From an uncultured Ignavibacteriaceae bacterium (GTDB taxonomy: Bacteria > Bacteroidota > Ignavibacteria > UBA10030), in the NCBI GenBank assembly GCA_964480945.1, contig CAYZRX010000005.1, positions 21,556 to 85,555 on the forward strand: 64,000 nt of DNA, given 5' to 3'. The notes beneath the pieces are model-generated. The model searched no databases. It was not told the origin of the DNA and saw only the letters and a program-made list of their open reading frames with translations. Of the stretch, positions 30,535 through 41,548 are shown one piece after another. Numbering within the stretch: the stretch's first letter is position 1; each line of letters starts with the position of its first letter. The translations under genes were made by a program, and so were the position numbers.

Positions 30535-32997
30535 CTATTCCATCTCTTTCGTATCAATAACGATCGTCGAACCTTCCAATCCATCGGACGAAGCTTTCAA
30601 AGCAATACGGCCGGACTTGTCCGTAGATTGAACCACAACCAAACACATGCCGTTGAATGTCTTCCGCCTATCTGCTTTGAACGGCTCGAGACTTGTCTGA
30701 AGACCATTGTCGACGCCTGCTATCGTCCCTTCACCGGAAAGAGTGAGTTGAACCAAGTTGTCGGCCGTGGGCACCATTGTTCCCCCTTCATCCATAATCC
30801 TCACGGTGACAAAGGAGAGATCCCTTCCATCCGCCGCGATCGTGCTTCTGTCGGCTTCCAGCGTAATCTTTGCAGGCGGCCCGGCGGTCTTGACCTCTTT
30901 CGCGAGGATCACGTTCCCCGCGGTCCGGCCAATCGCCTTCAGGACCCCAGGCTCAAACGTCACACGCCAAGCAAGGTGCAGCTCATCCCCGACCTTCTTC
31001 CGCGTGCCGAGCGACCGACCGTTGAGGAACAGCTCAACTTCGTCACAGTTCGTATACGCCCAGACATCAATCACATCTCCCCTTTTCCAATTCCAGTGAG
31101 GGAAAATATGGAGCACCGGTTTGTCGGTCCATTCGCTTTGGTACATGTAATAGGCGTCCTTTGGGAATCCGGCCAGGTCCACGATACCGAAATACGAGCT
31201 GCGGGAAGGCCACCCGTACGGCGTCGGCTCTCCCAGGTAATCGAAGCCGGTCCAAATGAACATGCCGGAGAGGAAGTCATACTTCTTCATGATTTTCCAC
31301 GTCTCCTCGTGCGTTGAGCCCCAGGGGGTGCTGCAGTTGTCGTACGAGGAGCAGGTGTTGTCGGGGTTCCCCTTGTCGAACGGCTTGTCCCAGCGCTCCG
31401 GCCATCGGCGAATGCTGTCCGACGGCATATTGTAGTGGCCGCGTGTCGCCAGCGCAGACACCGTCTCCGTGCCGAGGAATTTCTTGCCGGGAAAATTCTT
31501 GGGGAAATCCGGAAATTTCTCAAGGCTGTAGTTGAGGCCGACGAGGTCCAGAGCGCCGGATCGTATCAGGGGATTCGACGGATCCGTGTCATTACAGGCT
31601 GAGGTAATCGGTCGGGTCGGGTCGAGGGACTTCACCAGTCCCGCCAGCTCCTTCGCAATCGCGATGCCGATGCCGGCGTTCTTGTCCCACTGCTCGTTCA
31701 CCTCGTTCCCAATGCTCCACATAAACACGCTGGGATGGTTCCTATCGCGGACGACCATATCCTGCAAGTCCTGCCGATGCCACGCGTCCCAGTCGAGCGC
31801 ATAGTCGAATTCCGTTTTCTTCGTCTTCCACATATCGAACGCTTCATCCAGCACGATGAAACCCATCTTGTCGCACAGATCCAGAAGCTCCGGCGCAGGA
31901 GGGTTGTGAGAGGTACGGATGCCGTTCACCCCCATCCCCTTCAGAATCTCAAGCTGACGCTCGATCGCACGCGTGTTGACGGCCGCACCAAGGCATCCGA
32001 GATCGTGGTGATCGCACACGCCGTTGATCTTCACGTGCTTGCCGTTCAAGTAGAATCCTTTGTCGCTGTCAAAGACGAATGTGCGGATTCCAAATGGGGT
32101 TTCGTAGTCGTCGAGTATCTTGCCTTCTACCTCGACCGTTGTCACTGCCGTATAGAGTCTCGGATTCTCAAGCGACCACAGAACAGGATTCTCCACAGCA
32201 AGAGTCTGAACGACATCAGAGACCGAGCTCTTCGGCGCAACACCCTCAGTCGACTCAGTGCTTATTTCTTTTTTGTCACTATCCAACAAGACGGTCTTGA
32301 GAACGAACTTCTGGTCCCGCGCAGAAGCGTTCCTGATCTTTGTCGCAATCGAGACCTTCGCCGAGCCCTCGGTCACTTCCGGCGTCGTGACGAAGGTACC
32401 CCAGTGGTCGACGAACACTTTCTCTGTCGTTACCAGCCATACGTTTCTGTAGATCCCCGACCCGGAGTACCATCGGGAATTCGGCTGCTGCGAATTGTCG
32501 ACTTTGACGGCCAGGACATTAGGTTCTGTTCCGTACTTCAGAAACGGGTTTAATTCATAACGAAACGAGCTGTAACCGTACGGCCGCTTGCCGAGGTAAT
32601 GACCGTTGATCCATACCTCGCTGTTTCTGTAGACTCCATCGAATTCGATCGCCACCACCTTCCCTTCGTCCGATTGGGGAATCCTGAACGTCTTCCGGTA
32701 CCATCCGACGCCACCCGGCAAAGCTCCTCCCCCCGGCGTGGCAGGGTTGTCCTGGCTGAAGTCTCCTTCGATGCTCCAATCGTGGGGCAGGTCGAGACTG
32801 CGCCATTGCGAATCGTCAAATCGAGGCTCCTGCGCGCCGGCCAGATCATTGAGGTGGAATTTCCAGCCGTTGTCGAAATTCTCTATCCTTGTGACTTTTG
32901 AGAGAGGGGAGCTGCACGACACACAGAAGACAGCTAAGAGAATGAGAAGAGAGAAGGAATACGGGAAACTAGTCCCCTTTCGGATCAGTGAGTTCAT
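30535..32997 (-). CDS. GH2 beta-galactosidase, lipoprotein-like signal
   Basis: LPHDWSIE, SRWYSGSGIYR, RTSHNPP, WSIGNE, WTGFDYLGE. Confidence 0.92.
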   Translation of the reverse strand: MNSLIRKGTSFPYSFSLLILLAVFCVSCSSPLSKVTRIENFDNGWKFHLNDLAGAQEPRFDDSQWRSLDLPHDWSIEGDFSQDNPATPGGGALPGGVGWYRKTFRIPQSDEGKVVAIEFDGVYRNSEVWINGHYLGKRPYGYSSFRYELNPFLKYGTEPNVLAVKVDNSQQPNSRWYSGSGIYRNVWLVTTEKVFVDHWGTFVTTPEVTEGSAKVSIATKIRNASARDQKFVLKTVLLDSDKKEISTESTEGVAPKSSVSDVVQTLAVENPVLWSLENPRLYTAVTTVEVEGKILDDYETPFGIRTFVFDSDKGFYLNGKHVKINGVCDHHDLGCLGAAVNTRAIERQLEILKGMGVNGIRTSHNPPAPELLDLCDKMGFIVLDEAFDMWKTKKTEFDYALDWDAWHRQDLQDMVVRDRNHPSVFMWSIGNEVNEQWDKNAGIGIAIAKELAGLVKSLDPTRPITSACNDTDPSNPLIRSGALDLVGLNYSLEKFPDFPKNFPGKKFLGTETVSALATRGHYNMPSDSIRRWPERWDKPFDKGNPDNTCSSYDNCSTPWGSTHEETWKIMKKYDFLSGMFIWTGFDYLGEPTPYGWPSRSSYFGIVDLAGFPKDAYYMYQSEWTDKPVLHIFPHWNWKRGDVIDVWAYTNCDEVELFLNGRSLGTRKKVGDELHLAWRVTFEPGVLKAIGRTAGNVILAKEVKTAGPPAKITLEADRSTIAADGRDLSFVTVRIMDEGGTMVPTADNLVQLTLSGEGTIAGVDNGLQTSLEPFKADRRKTFNGMCLVVVQSTDKSGRIALKASSDGLEGSTIVIDTKEME

Positions 32998-33028
32998 CGG
33001 TAGTATTCCTTATGGGTTATCCCAGTTG

Positions 33029-35872
33029 TCACTTCATCTTGATGGATTGCTCGGAACCATCGTAGTGCACGGTCACATCGGGAGGCGAGCCGAAATTCAG
33101 ACCGAGCGGCTTCGTCTTGCTGATCCAGACGATTTCCAATGTCCTGGTTGAGAGCATCCCGGGAAATTCACCCTGACGATGCCCGATCGTCAGGAGCCCG
33201 TCCTTTTCGCTGTAATGCAACGGGATCGTCGAGAATGCGCCTTTTTCGTAGTTGTAGTTCACACCCTCATCTTCATAAAGCGTGAAGGAGCCATCGCTGC
33301 CCGTAAAAACGAACAAACGAATAGGATCTGCCGGCTTTTCCGCCGTGTACTGGATCTCCGGACCGCACGGGAGGATCGATCCTTCCTTCACAAACACGGG
33401 GATCTGCTCGTAGGGTGCTTCCGCTTCGAGCGTCTGACCTCCCTTGAAATAGCGACCGGAGTGGAGATCATACCATCCTGTTCCGGAGGGAAGATAGACC
33501 GAACGCGTCCGCGCTTTGTATTCGGTCACCGGATTGACCAGCAATGACGGACCGAACATAAACTGGTCGCCGATATTGAGCACGTTCTGGTCATTGCCGA
33601 AGTCAAAGACCAACGCCCGCATGATCGTGTAGTCGTTCTGGGTGACAGACCCGGTCAGCGAATAAATGTACGGCATCAACCGATAGCGCAGCTTGTCATA
33701 GGCAAGCATCGACTGGTACGCCGGGTGATCGTCGGGCGCGACATTGAACATTTCCCGATACGGAAACTGGCCGTGGACGCGGAACACGGGGCAAAACGCG
33801 CCGAACTGGAACCAGCGGGTCATCAGCTCGCGCCACTCCTCGAGATCGGCATCGTTCGGATGCTCGTAGCGCTGTTCCACGGCAAAGCCGCCGATGTCGG
33901 TCGTCCAGTATGGGATGCCGGACAACGAAAAATTCAGGCCCGCCGAAATCTGAGCCTTCAGGTCGTACCAACGGGCAGCGACATCACCACTCCACGTTAC
34001 AGCAGGAAAGCGCTGCTGCCCCGCGAACGCGGAACGAGTGAGAATGAACACGCGTTGATTGGGATTCACCTTACGCTGTCCCTCGTACACAGCCTGACAA
34101 TTCATGAGGGAGTACGTATTGAGGTAGCGAGAAGCGCTTCCGAGGCCGGTCGGTCCTTGTCGGAGAATGGTCTCCGTTCTGGAGAGATTCGAGCAAATGT
34201 CCGGCTCGGTGCAGTCCAGCCACCATGCGTCGGATCCCTTCGAAAACAGTTTCTCGTTGATCTGTTTCCAGTAGAGCTCGCGCGCTCCTTCGCTGTAAGG
34301 ATCGTAGAACGTGGAGACGTATCCGGGTCCCACCCAATCCCGCTGGCCTTTCTCAACGTTCCACATATAGAGCCAGCCGTGTTCCTTGAATTCCTCGAAG
34401 TGTCTCGTCCCCACATAGAACTTTGGCCACACTGAAATCATAATCTGCGTGTGAAGATCGTTGTGCACCTCCTTCACCATCCCGTCTGGGTCCGGGTACC
34501 GCGTAGAATCAAATTCGTGGCTGCCCCACTGGTCCTCCTTCCAATAGAACCAGTCCTGAACGATGTTGTCGAGTGGAATCCGGCGCTTGCGGAATTCCTT
34601 GACCACCGAAAGCAGCTCGTCCTGCGTCCGATAGCGCTCGCGGCATTGCCACAATCCCATTGCCCACTTGGGCATCATGGAAGCTTTACCGGTGATTTCG
34701 CGATACCCATGAATCACCTCGTCGAGGTTCTCCCCGTGCACAAAGTAGTAGTCGATCTGATCCGCGACGTCGGAGTAGAGAGAGATGGTGTTCTTGCTCT
34801 TTTCGCTCTCCGGTCCGAGACACTTCAGACCGATGAACCCGCCGGTGTGGACCCACTCGATCTTGATCGGATACCTCTTCCCGGCTTCCATGCGGAGATT
34901 CAACAGATAGGTCCACGGGAGCCAGTTCTGGCGCCACGCATCGACCACGAGCTTGCCGCCTAGCCACATCCGCGTATAGCCGCAGGAATAGAGCCTGAGC
35001 TTGTGGATGCCTGTCTCATCGCTCTCCAGCTCTCCGCTCCAGCGGACGGCGGCAACGTTCTCCTGAAATCCGGGCGGATACTCGTCGTTCACATCGATGA
35101 ACTCGTGCTCGATCCTCTGCTCGGACCGCGAGGTGTAAAGGGATGTCAGACTCGTGTCTTTGAAATACTCGGCGGTCAGTCCTCCCGCTTTGCCATCCTT
35201 GCCATAGAGTTTGAGTGTGGATAGAGACTGATAGTCTCGAATGTCTCCAAACTTCGTGTGCGAATTATTGTCCCAAAGAATCCCGTACTCCTTGTTGGAG
35301 ACGAGAAAAGGAACCACGGCAACAATGTTGTATTGCCAGAGGTCCACATCGTGGTTTTTGTAGTTCATGACGTCGTTTTGGTGCTGGCCCAACCCGTAGA
35401 ACGCTTCATCGTCGGAAGAATCGAAGACCTGACGGATATGAAATGTGCTTTCGCCCATCACATCAGCGGGCGTGATGGTTTTGCCTCCGTCTTCCTTTTC
35501 CCCAAGAAGCAATCGGCCTTGAGCATCATAGAAGGCGATTGCCCCCGTTGTCGTCTGCACTCGCACCGTGAGCTTCGATGTGGTAATCTCCGTCCAGTCC
35601 CCTTTCACTTTCATCGACCAGGGCACCGACCCCCACGTGGTCTTGTCCACCATCAGACTTGGACGGGCTGAGAACGATCGCCCCGGCGTCGCAATGACGC
35701 GGATGATATCCTCGGCACACACCTGAACCTTCACCTGCTGCGCTTCGGTATCCCTTTGCTTCGTGATCTTGAAAAGGACACCGTCGGCTTGCTTCTCCTG
35801 AGGGGAAGAGTGCTGCACGACGATGACGAGGCAAGCGACGATGAACGTAACCTGCCAATGCTTTGATCTCAT
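33029..35872 (-). CDS. GH31 alpha-xylosidase with PA14 insert before the catalytic domain
   Basis: IVQDW, WWLDCTEPD, WSGD, YWTTDIGGF, RVHG; start 35872. Confidence 0.9.
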   Translation of the reverse strand: MRSKHWQVTFIVACLVIVVQHSSPQEKQADGVLFKITKQRDTEAQQVKVQVCAEDIIRVIATPGRSFSARPSLMVDKTTWGSVPWSMKVKGDWTEITTSKLTVRVQTTTGAIAFYDAQGRLLLGEKEDGGKTITPADVMGESTFHIRQVFDSSDDEAFYGLGQHQNDVMNYKNHDVDLWQYNIVAVVPFLVSNKEYGILWDNNSHTKFGDIRDYQSLSTLKLYGKDGKAGGLTAEYFKDTSLTSLYTSRSEQRIEHEFIDVNDEYPPGFQENVAAVRWSGELESDETGIHKLRLYSCGYTRMWLGGKLVVDAWRQNWLPWTYLLNLRMEAGKRYPIKIEWVHTGGFIGLKCLGPESEKSKNTISLYSDVADQIDYYFVHGENLDEVIHGYREITGKASMMPKWAMGLWQCRERYRTQDELLSVVKEFRKRRIPLDNIVQDWFYWKEDQWGSHEFDSTRYPDPDGMVKEVHNDLHTQIMISVWPKFYVGTRHFEEFKEHGWLYMWNVEKGQRDWVGPGYVSTFYDPYSEGARELYWKQINEKLFSKGSDAWWLDCTEPDICSNLSRTETILRQGPTGLGSASRYLNTYSLMNCQAVYEGQRKVNPNQRVFILTRSAFAGQQRFPAVTWSGDVAARWYDLKAQISAGLNFSLSGIPYWTTDIGGFAVEQRYEHPNDADLEEWRELMTRWFQFGAFCPVFRVHGQFPYREMFNVAPDDHPAYQSMLAYDKLRYRLMPYIYSLTGSVTQNDYTIMRALVFDFGNDQNVLNIGDQFMFGPSLLVNPVTEYKARTRSVYLPSGTGWYDLHSGRYFKGGQTLEAEAPYEQIPVFVKEGSILPCGPEIQYTAEKPADPIRLFVFTGSDGSFTLYEDEGVNYNYEKGAFSTIPLHYSEKDGLLTIGHRQGEFPGMLSTRTLEIVWISKTKPLGLNFGSPPDVTVHYDGSEQSIKMK

Positions 35873-35952
35873 GATGCGTCCTCTCAATGCCTCACTGACT
35901 GTGAATCCTCGGATGATCCCAACTGGGACAAGCGCACTGGTTCGCCGCTTTC

Positions 35953-38772
35953 TCACTCGGGCAAACGCACATCAACTTCAGTGCCGTCGTATTCCACGAT
36001 CTTGTCCGGATCTGGAGTTGTGTCAATCCCCACTCCGTGATTCCCGGAAACGACGACGATCCTGAAGCGTCTCTTTCTTATCATACCGGGAAACGTTCCT
36101 TGACGCTTTCCAATTGTCAGCGTCCGGTGGGCCTCGTTCCATCTGAAGTCGACAGTAGCATAAATCCCTTTCTCATAATTGTAATTGTCATTCTCATCCT
36201 CGTACAAGACAAAGCGCCCATCAGCACCCGGATAAATGCGCAGTTCGAAAGGATCTGCCGGCTTCTCTGTTGCATACTGAACAAACGGACCCATCGGGAG
36301 AATGGAGCCAACTCTGACAAAGAGAGGTGTTTTGTCGATTGGTGCGTCCGAGGCTCTCTCCTGGCCGCCATGGAATTTCTCACCCGTCCAGAAATCAATC
36401 CATCCCTCCGATCGGGGGAGATAGACCGGGCGCGTCTTGGGATGATCCTCAACCGTTTGCTCTTTCGCAAAAATCGAGGGGGTTTTCCAGAAGAGTCTCA
36501 TCCGTGCCGCACCCGTGGATGAGTTTTCGGTCTCGAGAACGAAACCGTATTCTCTTCCCGCGATCAAGTCGACGGTGTCGGTATACTGTTCCACGCTGGT
36601 GTAGACGATCGGAAGCCGCTCGCCATCAAGATACATTCTCTTGGCGTCATAACTTTTCATGTGGAACTGGTGTCTTCCCGTTTCCTTTGGAATGAGTCTC
36701 CCTTCCCAACGAATGGAGAACATCGAGTCCGTCACATAGCTGGGCCTGCCGGTGTACCAAACGATGTCGATGTTGGGCACAATCTCTTCCTTGCCGAGAC
36801 TCCCGTACTTATTGTCCCTGTAGTAGCTCACACGTAGGCCGGGCTTCCCATCGTTCGTCTTGAAGTACTCCGGATCAATGAGAACGCTTGGCTCAGGTGG
36901 ACGATGATACTGAGGGTGCGTCACGGGACAAACCATGATGGACGGCCCGAACATGAACTGATCGTCAATAGAGTAGGTTCTCTTGTCTGCGGCAAAATCC
37001 ATCGGAAGGCCGCGCATCACTGTATAGCCTTCACTCGTCACCTTCCAGGCCAGTGAATAGATGTAGGGCAGGAGGCGGTATCGCAACTGGTCGAATTTCA
37101 GGATAGGCTCGACGAATTCGCCCATCTCCCATATCTCCCGCGGCGTTTCGGAACCATGGGACCGGAAGATAGGACAGAACGCACCAAACTGGAACATGCG
37201 GGCGTACAGCTCCTGGTACGCCGGATCTTTGCCGCCCCTCGTGAACACGCCATCATACGCCCCCAGGACAAAGCCTCCGATATCAAATGTCCAGTACGGC
37301 ACGCCTGACATGCAATGATTGAGGCCCGCTGAGATCTGGCGCCGATAGACGTCCCAGCTTGCCCCGATATCGCCCGACCATGTTGTGGCGGCATTCCGTT
37401 GCTGACCGGCAAACGTCGACCTCGTCAGGATGTAACATCGGCGATCGGGTATATCCTTTCTCCAGTCTTCATGAAGACTGCTGGTCATCACGAGCGAGTA
37501 AGGATTCAGGTAGCGCGCGAAGGTTCCCAAGAAGTTGTTGTCAACACGCTTCATCTCGTACTCTGTCGACTCCTTTGTCATCGCGTTGACGACATCGGGT
37601 TCGGTCGAATCTATCCAAAGAGCATCGATGCCCTTGGAAAGAAGCCCTTTCTTGAGATAGCTCCAGTAGAGGCTGTCGGCGGCGGGATTGTAGGCATCGT
37701 AGTATTTGAAGCCAGCCCATCCTACTGGTGAGTACAAGTAGCCATGCTTGTACATCTCTCTGTAGATCTCCGTCTGCGGACCAAGGGCGGGCCAAATGGA
37801 GATCATCATGTGGTAGTGCATGGTGTGAAGACGTTCGAGCATCTCGGCCGGTGTCGGGAAAAGGGTCTTGTCGAAGAACATACCGCCCCAGTGTTCGGGT
37901 CCGTTCCAGTAATCCCAATCCTGAACGATATTGTCAATCGGCATCCTCCGTTCGCGATACTCAACAGCAACGTTCATCAGCTCATCCTGGGTGTGGTAGT
38001 GCTCCTTGCTTTGCCAGTACCCGTATGCCCATCTCCCATAAAGAGGAGCCTGTCCGGTCAACTTCCGATAGCCTGCGATCACCTCATCCATATTCTTGCC
38101 GCGGATGACATAGTAGTCGATATTATCGGCAACGTCCGACCAAAGGGAGGCCTTCTTCTCTCCATCATCTTCATAGATTGTTTTGGAATAGTTGTCCCAG
38201 AGAATGCCATAATTGTTGGTTGAGATCAAGAAGGGGATGACCGCCTCGGTGTTCGATTGCACCAGTTTCACGGTCCTTCCGCGGTAATTCATGTACCCAT
38301 CTTGATGTTGACCAAGACCGTAGATTCCTTCATCAGGGCTGAGCTCGAACGTCTGCCTGATGCTGAACGCTGAATCAGCCCTGTAGACCACGGGTACGAA
38401 CTCGCAGTCGACTTCTTTCAAGATCGTGTTGCCCTTGAGATCGCTCATGACGAGTCTGCCGCGCTCTTGTGCGATAGTCACCTTGAGCGTTCGGCAGCTT
38501 AGTATCACGTTGTCCCGATCCCGCTCCAGTTTCACCGGTAGAGAAGGCAGGCTATCCAGAATGACGCAGAGGCTGGTCTTCTTGTCCGTCACGGTCGGCT
38601 TCCATCGCACCACCCGCACAATATTGTCGTCATAAAACTGGACTTTTACGTTCATGAGGGATGAGTTCACAACGGCTCCGTTCTTGATCTGTTGAACGGC
38701 CTGATTCTCGGCCGAACTCAGATGTGGGGATGCCAGTGTCGAAATGAGGATTGCAGCGAAGCTGATTCTCAT
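35953..38772 (-). CDS. GH31 alpha-xylosidase-like enzyme with PA14 insert after the catalytic domain
   Basis: IVQDW, LWIDSTEPD, WSGD, YWTFDIGGF, RSHG; PA14 (SIRWEG, GRHQFHM). Confidence 0.88.
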   Translation of the reverse strand: MRISFAAILISTLASPHLSSAENQAVQQIKNGAVVNSSLMNVKVQFYDDNIVRVVRWKPTVTDKKTSLCVILDSLPSLPVKLERDRDNVILSCRTLKVTIAQERGRLVMSDLKGNTILKEVDCEFVPVVYRADSAFSIRQTFELSPDEGIYGLGQHQDGYMNYRGRTVKLVQSNTEAVIPFLISTNNYGILWDNYSKTIYEDDGEKKASLWSDVADNIDYYVIRGKNMDEVIAGYRKLTGQAPLYGRWAYGYWQSKEHYHTQDELMNVAVEYRERRMPIDNIVQDWDYWNGPEHWGGMFFDKTLFPTPAEMLERLHTMHYHMMISIWPALGPQTEIYREMYKHGYLYSPVGWAGFKYYDAYNPAADSLYWSYLKKGLLSKGIDALWIDSTEPDVVNAMTKESTEYEMKRVDNNFLGTFARYLNPYSLVMTSSLHEDWRKDIPDRRCYILTRSTFAGQQRNAATTWSGDIGASWDVYRRQISAGLNHCMSGVPYWTFDIGGFVLGAYDGVFTRGGKDPAYQELYARMFQFGAFCPIFRSHGSETPREIWEMGEFVEPILKFDQLRYRLLPYIYSLAWKVTSEGYTVMRGLPMDFAADKRTYSIDDQFMFGPSIMVCPVTHPQYHRPPEPSVLIDPEYFKTNDGKPGLRVSYYRDNKYGSLGKEEIVPNIDIVWYTGRPSYVTDSMFSIRWEGRLIPKETGRHQFHMKSYDAKRMYLDGERLPIVYTSVEQYTDTVDLIAGREYGFVLETENSSTGAARMRLFWKTPSIFAKEQTVEDHPKTRPVYLPRSEGWIDFWTGEKFHGGQERASDAPIDKTPLFVRVGSILPMGPFVQYATEKPADPFELRIYPGADGRFVLYEDENDNYNYEKGIYATVDFRWNEAHRTLTIGKRQGTFPGMIRKRRFRIVVVSGNHGVGIDTTPDPDKIVEYDGTEVDVRLPE

Positions 38773-39236
38773 GAGATCCGCTCCATTCTATGTTGCGCAC
38801 GCATCGTCAGTTTCTTACGTGCACCTCTGAAGGTATATCACTGGCGAGGAAGCAGCCAAGGACCCTCTCCATGATGAGCTCTTCTGCTTCCCCCGCGCAG
38901 ATGTCGGACACCGATGAAACTGCCCTCGACCGATTCACCTGGTCCGGGCGGCCGTGGACGACCATCCGAGGCGATGAAGGCTGGGCGCATCAGTGTACGG
39001 ACCCTTCTTGTGACAGCTCCGGACGGACCAGTGTGTCGCTAGCTCTGGGTCTACCGGTATTCTGCAGCTCGACTGACCAACGAGATACACTGAACGGGGG
39101 AGAGGGTCATGCTGTCAGAATGTGGACTCTACACTCTCCTGTAAACCCGGGTGCACCCCGAAGGATGAACCGCAGTGGGCAAGAGATTTCCGCAGCGCTG
39201 ACCTACAACTGTCCTAAGATCGGCACGCTCCGATTG

Positions 39237-39416
39237 CTAGAACAGTGTGTAGATAAACGGGGCGAGCGCCGAACCTTGGGTCAGAATAATGAACAACCCC
39301 AAGAGGAGCAGAACGAAAATGATTGGCCCAAGCCACCACTTTTTTCGCACTCGCATGAACGCCCAGAGCTCACCGAAGATCGTCAGCTTCCTGCGTAGGT
39401 TCTTCAACCTCCCCAT
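39237..39416 (-). CDS. DUF5989-like small membrane protein (59 aa; absent from the ORF track)
   Basis: Manual translation: ..FMRVRKKWWLGPIIFVLLLLGLFIILTQGSALAPFIYTLF. Confidence 0.85.
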   Translation of the reverse strand: MGRLKNLRRKLTIFGELWAFMRVRKKWWLGPIIFVLLLLGLFIILTQGSALAPFIYTLF

Positions 39417-39423
39417 AGGTTCC

Positions 39424-41157
39424 TCAGTCTAGTTCAAATTCTTCTTCAACCACTTCCTTGGTGGGTCCCAGCTTCCCTTTTTCGATGATGAAACTCCCCA
39501 TCACGAGGACGTCCATTTCTGTCCTCATGAAGCATCGCCACGCGTCCTCCGGCGTGCAAACGATCGGCTCTCCGCGGACATTGAAGGACGTATTGATCAT
39601 CACGGGACAGCCGGTCTGGCGATCGAACTCCGTAATCAAATCGTAGAACAACGGGTTTTGGTCGCGAGAGATCGTCTGAAGCCGGGCAGAGCCGTCGACG
39701 TGCGTGACGGCCGGGATCATCTTGTGGTCGATACAGACATCGGCGACAAAGAGCATGAACGGGCTCGGCCGATCGAAATCGAAGTAGTCTCTTGCCCGTT
39801 CCTCCAGGACTGTCGGAGCAAAAGGCCGAAAGCTTTCTCGAAACTTGATCTTCAAGTTGACGATCGTCTGATTCTTGGCATTCCGCGCGTCTGCCAGGAT
39901 GCTGCGGCTCCCGAGGGCCCGCGGCCCAAACTCCATTCGTCCCTGAAACCACCCCACGACTTTCTGTTCAGCAATAAGTCTGGCTGTTTCCTGCAGCATC
40001 TCCTGGCGGGAGCACTTGCTGTACCTTACATTGTTTGACTGCAGAAGAGCCTCAATCTGGTCATCCGAAAACTCAGGTCCGAGGAAGACATTCTTCATCA
40101 CATAAGACCGCGGCCTTCCAAGGATGGTGCTATACACAAGGTATGCCGCGCCCACGGACCCGCCTGCATCCCCGGCCGCCGGCTGAATGAATAGATCGGC
40201 AAAGGCGGTGTTCTCCAGAATCTCGCTGTTTGAGATGCAGTTCAGGGCGACTCCCCCGGCGAGACAGAGGTTTTTCATTCCCGTTTCTTTCTGGACGTGC
40301 CGTGCCATCCTCACCATTATGGTGTTTGTCACCTTTTGGAGGGAGGCCGCGGCATCCTTGTGGAACTGCGTCAGCTTTGCCTCCGGCTCTCTTGCTGGCT
40401 CGCCAAAGAGTTCCGCGAATCTTCTCCCCACCATCTTCAGTCCGTATTCGTAGGTGAAGTATCTCATGTTCAGCCTGAAGCTCCCATCGTCCTCGATCGA
40501 GACCAGTTCTCGCGTGATCAGATCATAGAAGCGAGGCTCACCATACGGCGCCAATCCCATGACCTTGTATTCCGCGCTGTTGACTTTGAACCCGAGGTAG
40601 TAAGTGAAGGCCGAGTACAGCAACCCGAGAGAATGCGGAAATCCGATGTACCGGCTCAACTCGATGTCCGTGCCGCGTCCGACCCCGTAGGTCGTTGTCT
40701 CCCACTCACCGACGCCGTCCGCCGTGATGATGGCCGCCTCTTCAAAGGGAGAGACAAGGAAGGCGCTTGCCGCATGCGAGAGGTGGTGTTCGCAAAACAG
40801 GATTTCTCCCTCGTAGCCGAGTTCGCTGTAGATCCTCTGCGGAATCCAGATCTTCTCCTTGATCCACACCGGCATCGCTTTGAGGAATGAGGGCAAGCCT
40901 TTCGGCCAGGTTGCAAGATACGTTTGGAGAATCCTGTCGAATTTTACGAGCGGTTTGTCATAGAAGACCACGTAGTCAAGCTCTTGCGGTCGGAGGCCGG
41001 CGTAGCCAAGGCAGAAGTCGACCGCGTGCTTCGGGAAGTTCTGGTCGTGCTTCTTGCGGGTGAACCGCTCTTCCTGCGCGGCAGCCGTCAGCTGGCCGTT
41101 CTGGAGGACTGCTGCCGCTGCATCGTGATAGAAACAGGATATTCCGAGGATGTTCAT
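39424..41157 (-). CDS. NodU/CmcH-family carbamoyltransferase
   Basis: GISCFYHDAAA, QEERFTRKKH, EHHLSHAASAF, EFGPRALG, INTSFN. Confidence 0.93.
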   Translation of the reverse strand: MNILGISCFYHDAAAAVLQNGQLTAAAQEERFTRKKHDQNFPKHAVDFCLGYAGLRPQELDYVVFYDKPLVKFDRILQTYLATWPKGLPSFLKAMPVWIKEKIWIPQRIYSELGYEGEILFCEHHLSHAASAFLVSPFEEAAIITADGVGEWETTTYGVGRGTDIELSRYIGFPHSLGLLYSAFTYYLGFKVNSAEYKVMGLAPYGEPRFYDLITRELVSIEDDGSFRLNMRYFTYEYGLKMVGRRFAELFGEPAREPEAKLTQFHKDAAASLQKVTNTIMVRMARHVQKETGMKNLCLAGGVALNCISNSEILENTAFADLFIQPAAGDAGGSVGAAYLVYSTILGRPRSYVMKNVFLGPEFSDDQIEALLQSNNVRYSKCSRQEMLQETARLIAEQKVVGWFQGRMEFGPRALGSRSILADARNAKNQTIVNLKIKFRESFRPFAPTVLEERARDYFDFDRPSPFMLFVADVCIDHKMIPAVTHVDGSARLQTISRDQNPLFYDLITEFDRQTGCPVMINTSFNVRGEPIVCTPEDAWRCFMRTEMDVLVMGSFIIEKGKLGPTKEVVEEEFELD

Positions 41158-41163
41158 ACGACC

Positions 41164-41412
41164 CTAGAACTGGTGGCGTGCCTGGTCGAGGGTGTGGGCA
41201 ACAGGTTCCTTCGATCTCCAGAACGAGCGGCTCGGGCGGATGCGGTGCATGAGGAGATCCTTCCCAACGATCCGAGCAACGAGAGACATCGGACCGATGA
41301 GAACGATGTACACAACTGTCAGAAGGAGAGCGGTGTTGGCAATCGCGAGTGCATGGGCGAATGCCATCCACCACTTGTACACTCTCTGACCAATCTTACG
41401 AAGAAGTTTCAT
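41164..41412 (-). CDS. SxtJ-like small membrane protein
   Basis: One TM segment, C-terminal RHQF; adjacent to carbamoyltransferase. Confidence 0.7.
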   Translation of the reverse strand: MKLLRKIGQRVYKWWMAFAHALAIANTALLLTVVYIVLIGPMSLVARIVGKDLLMHRIRPSRSFWRSKEPVAHTLDQARHQF

Positions 41413-41548
41413 GACAGTCAGCACTCGTTGCGCCAATATATCCAAAAACACGAGGAATCTCAATGAGCGCCTGAGGGAAGGGAGATGATTTCTGCCGTTT
41501 TAGTCTTATATTCCGAGCAGAGACTTGCTAATGGACTGTTGAAGAGCT

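Noticed and set aside
38790-39398. 202-aa ORF and a 10-bp inverted repeat (38861/39099) upstream of the GH31 pair
   Set aside because: No recognisable domain, it overlaps DUF5989 antisense, and there is no target-site duplication or transposase signature.
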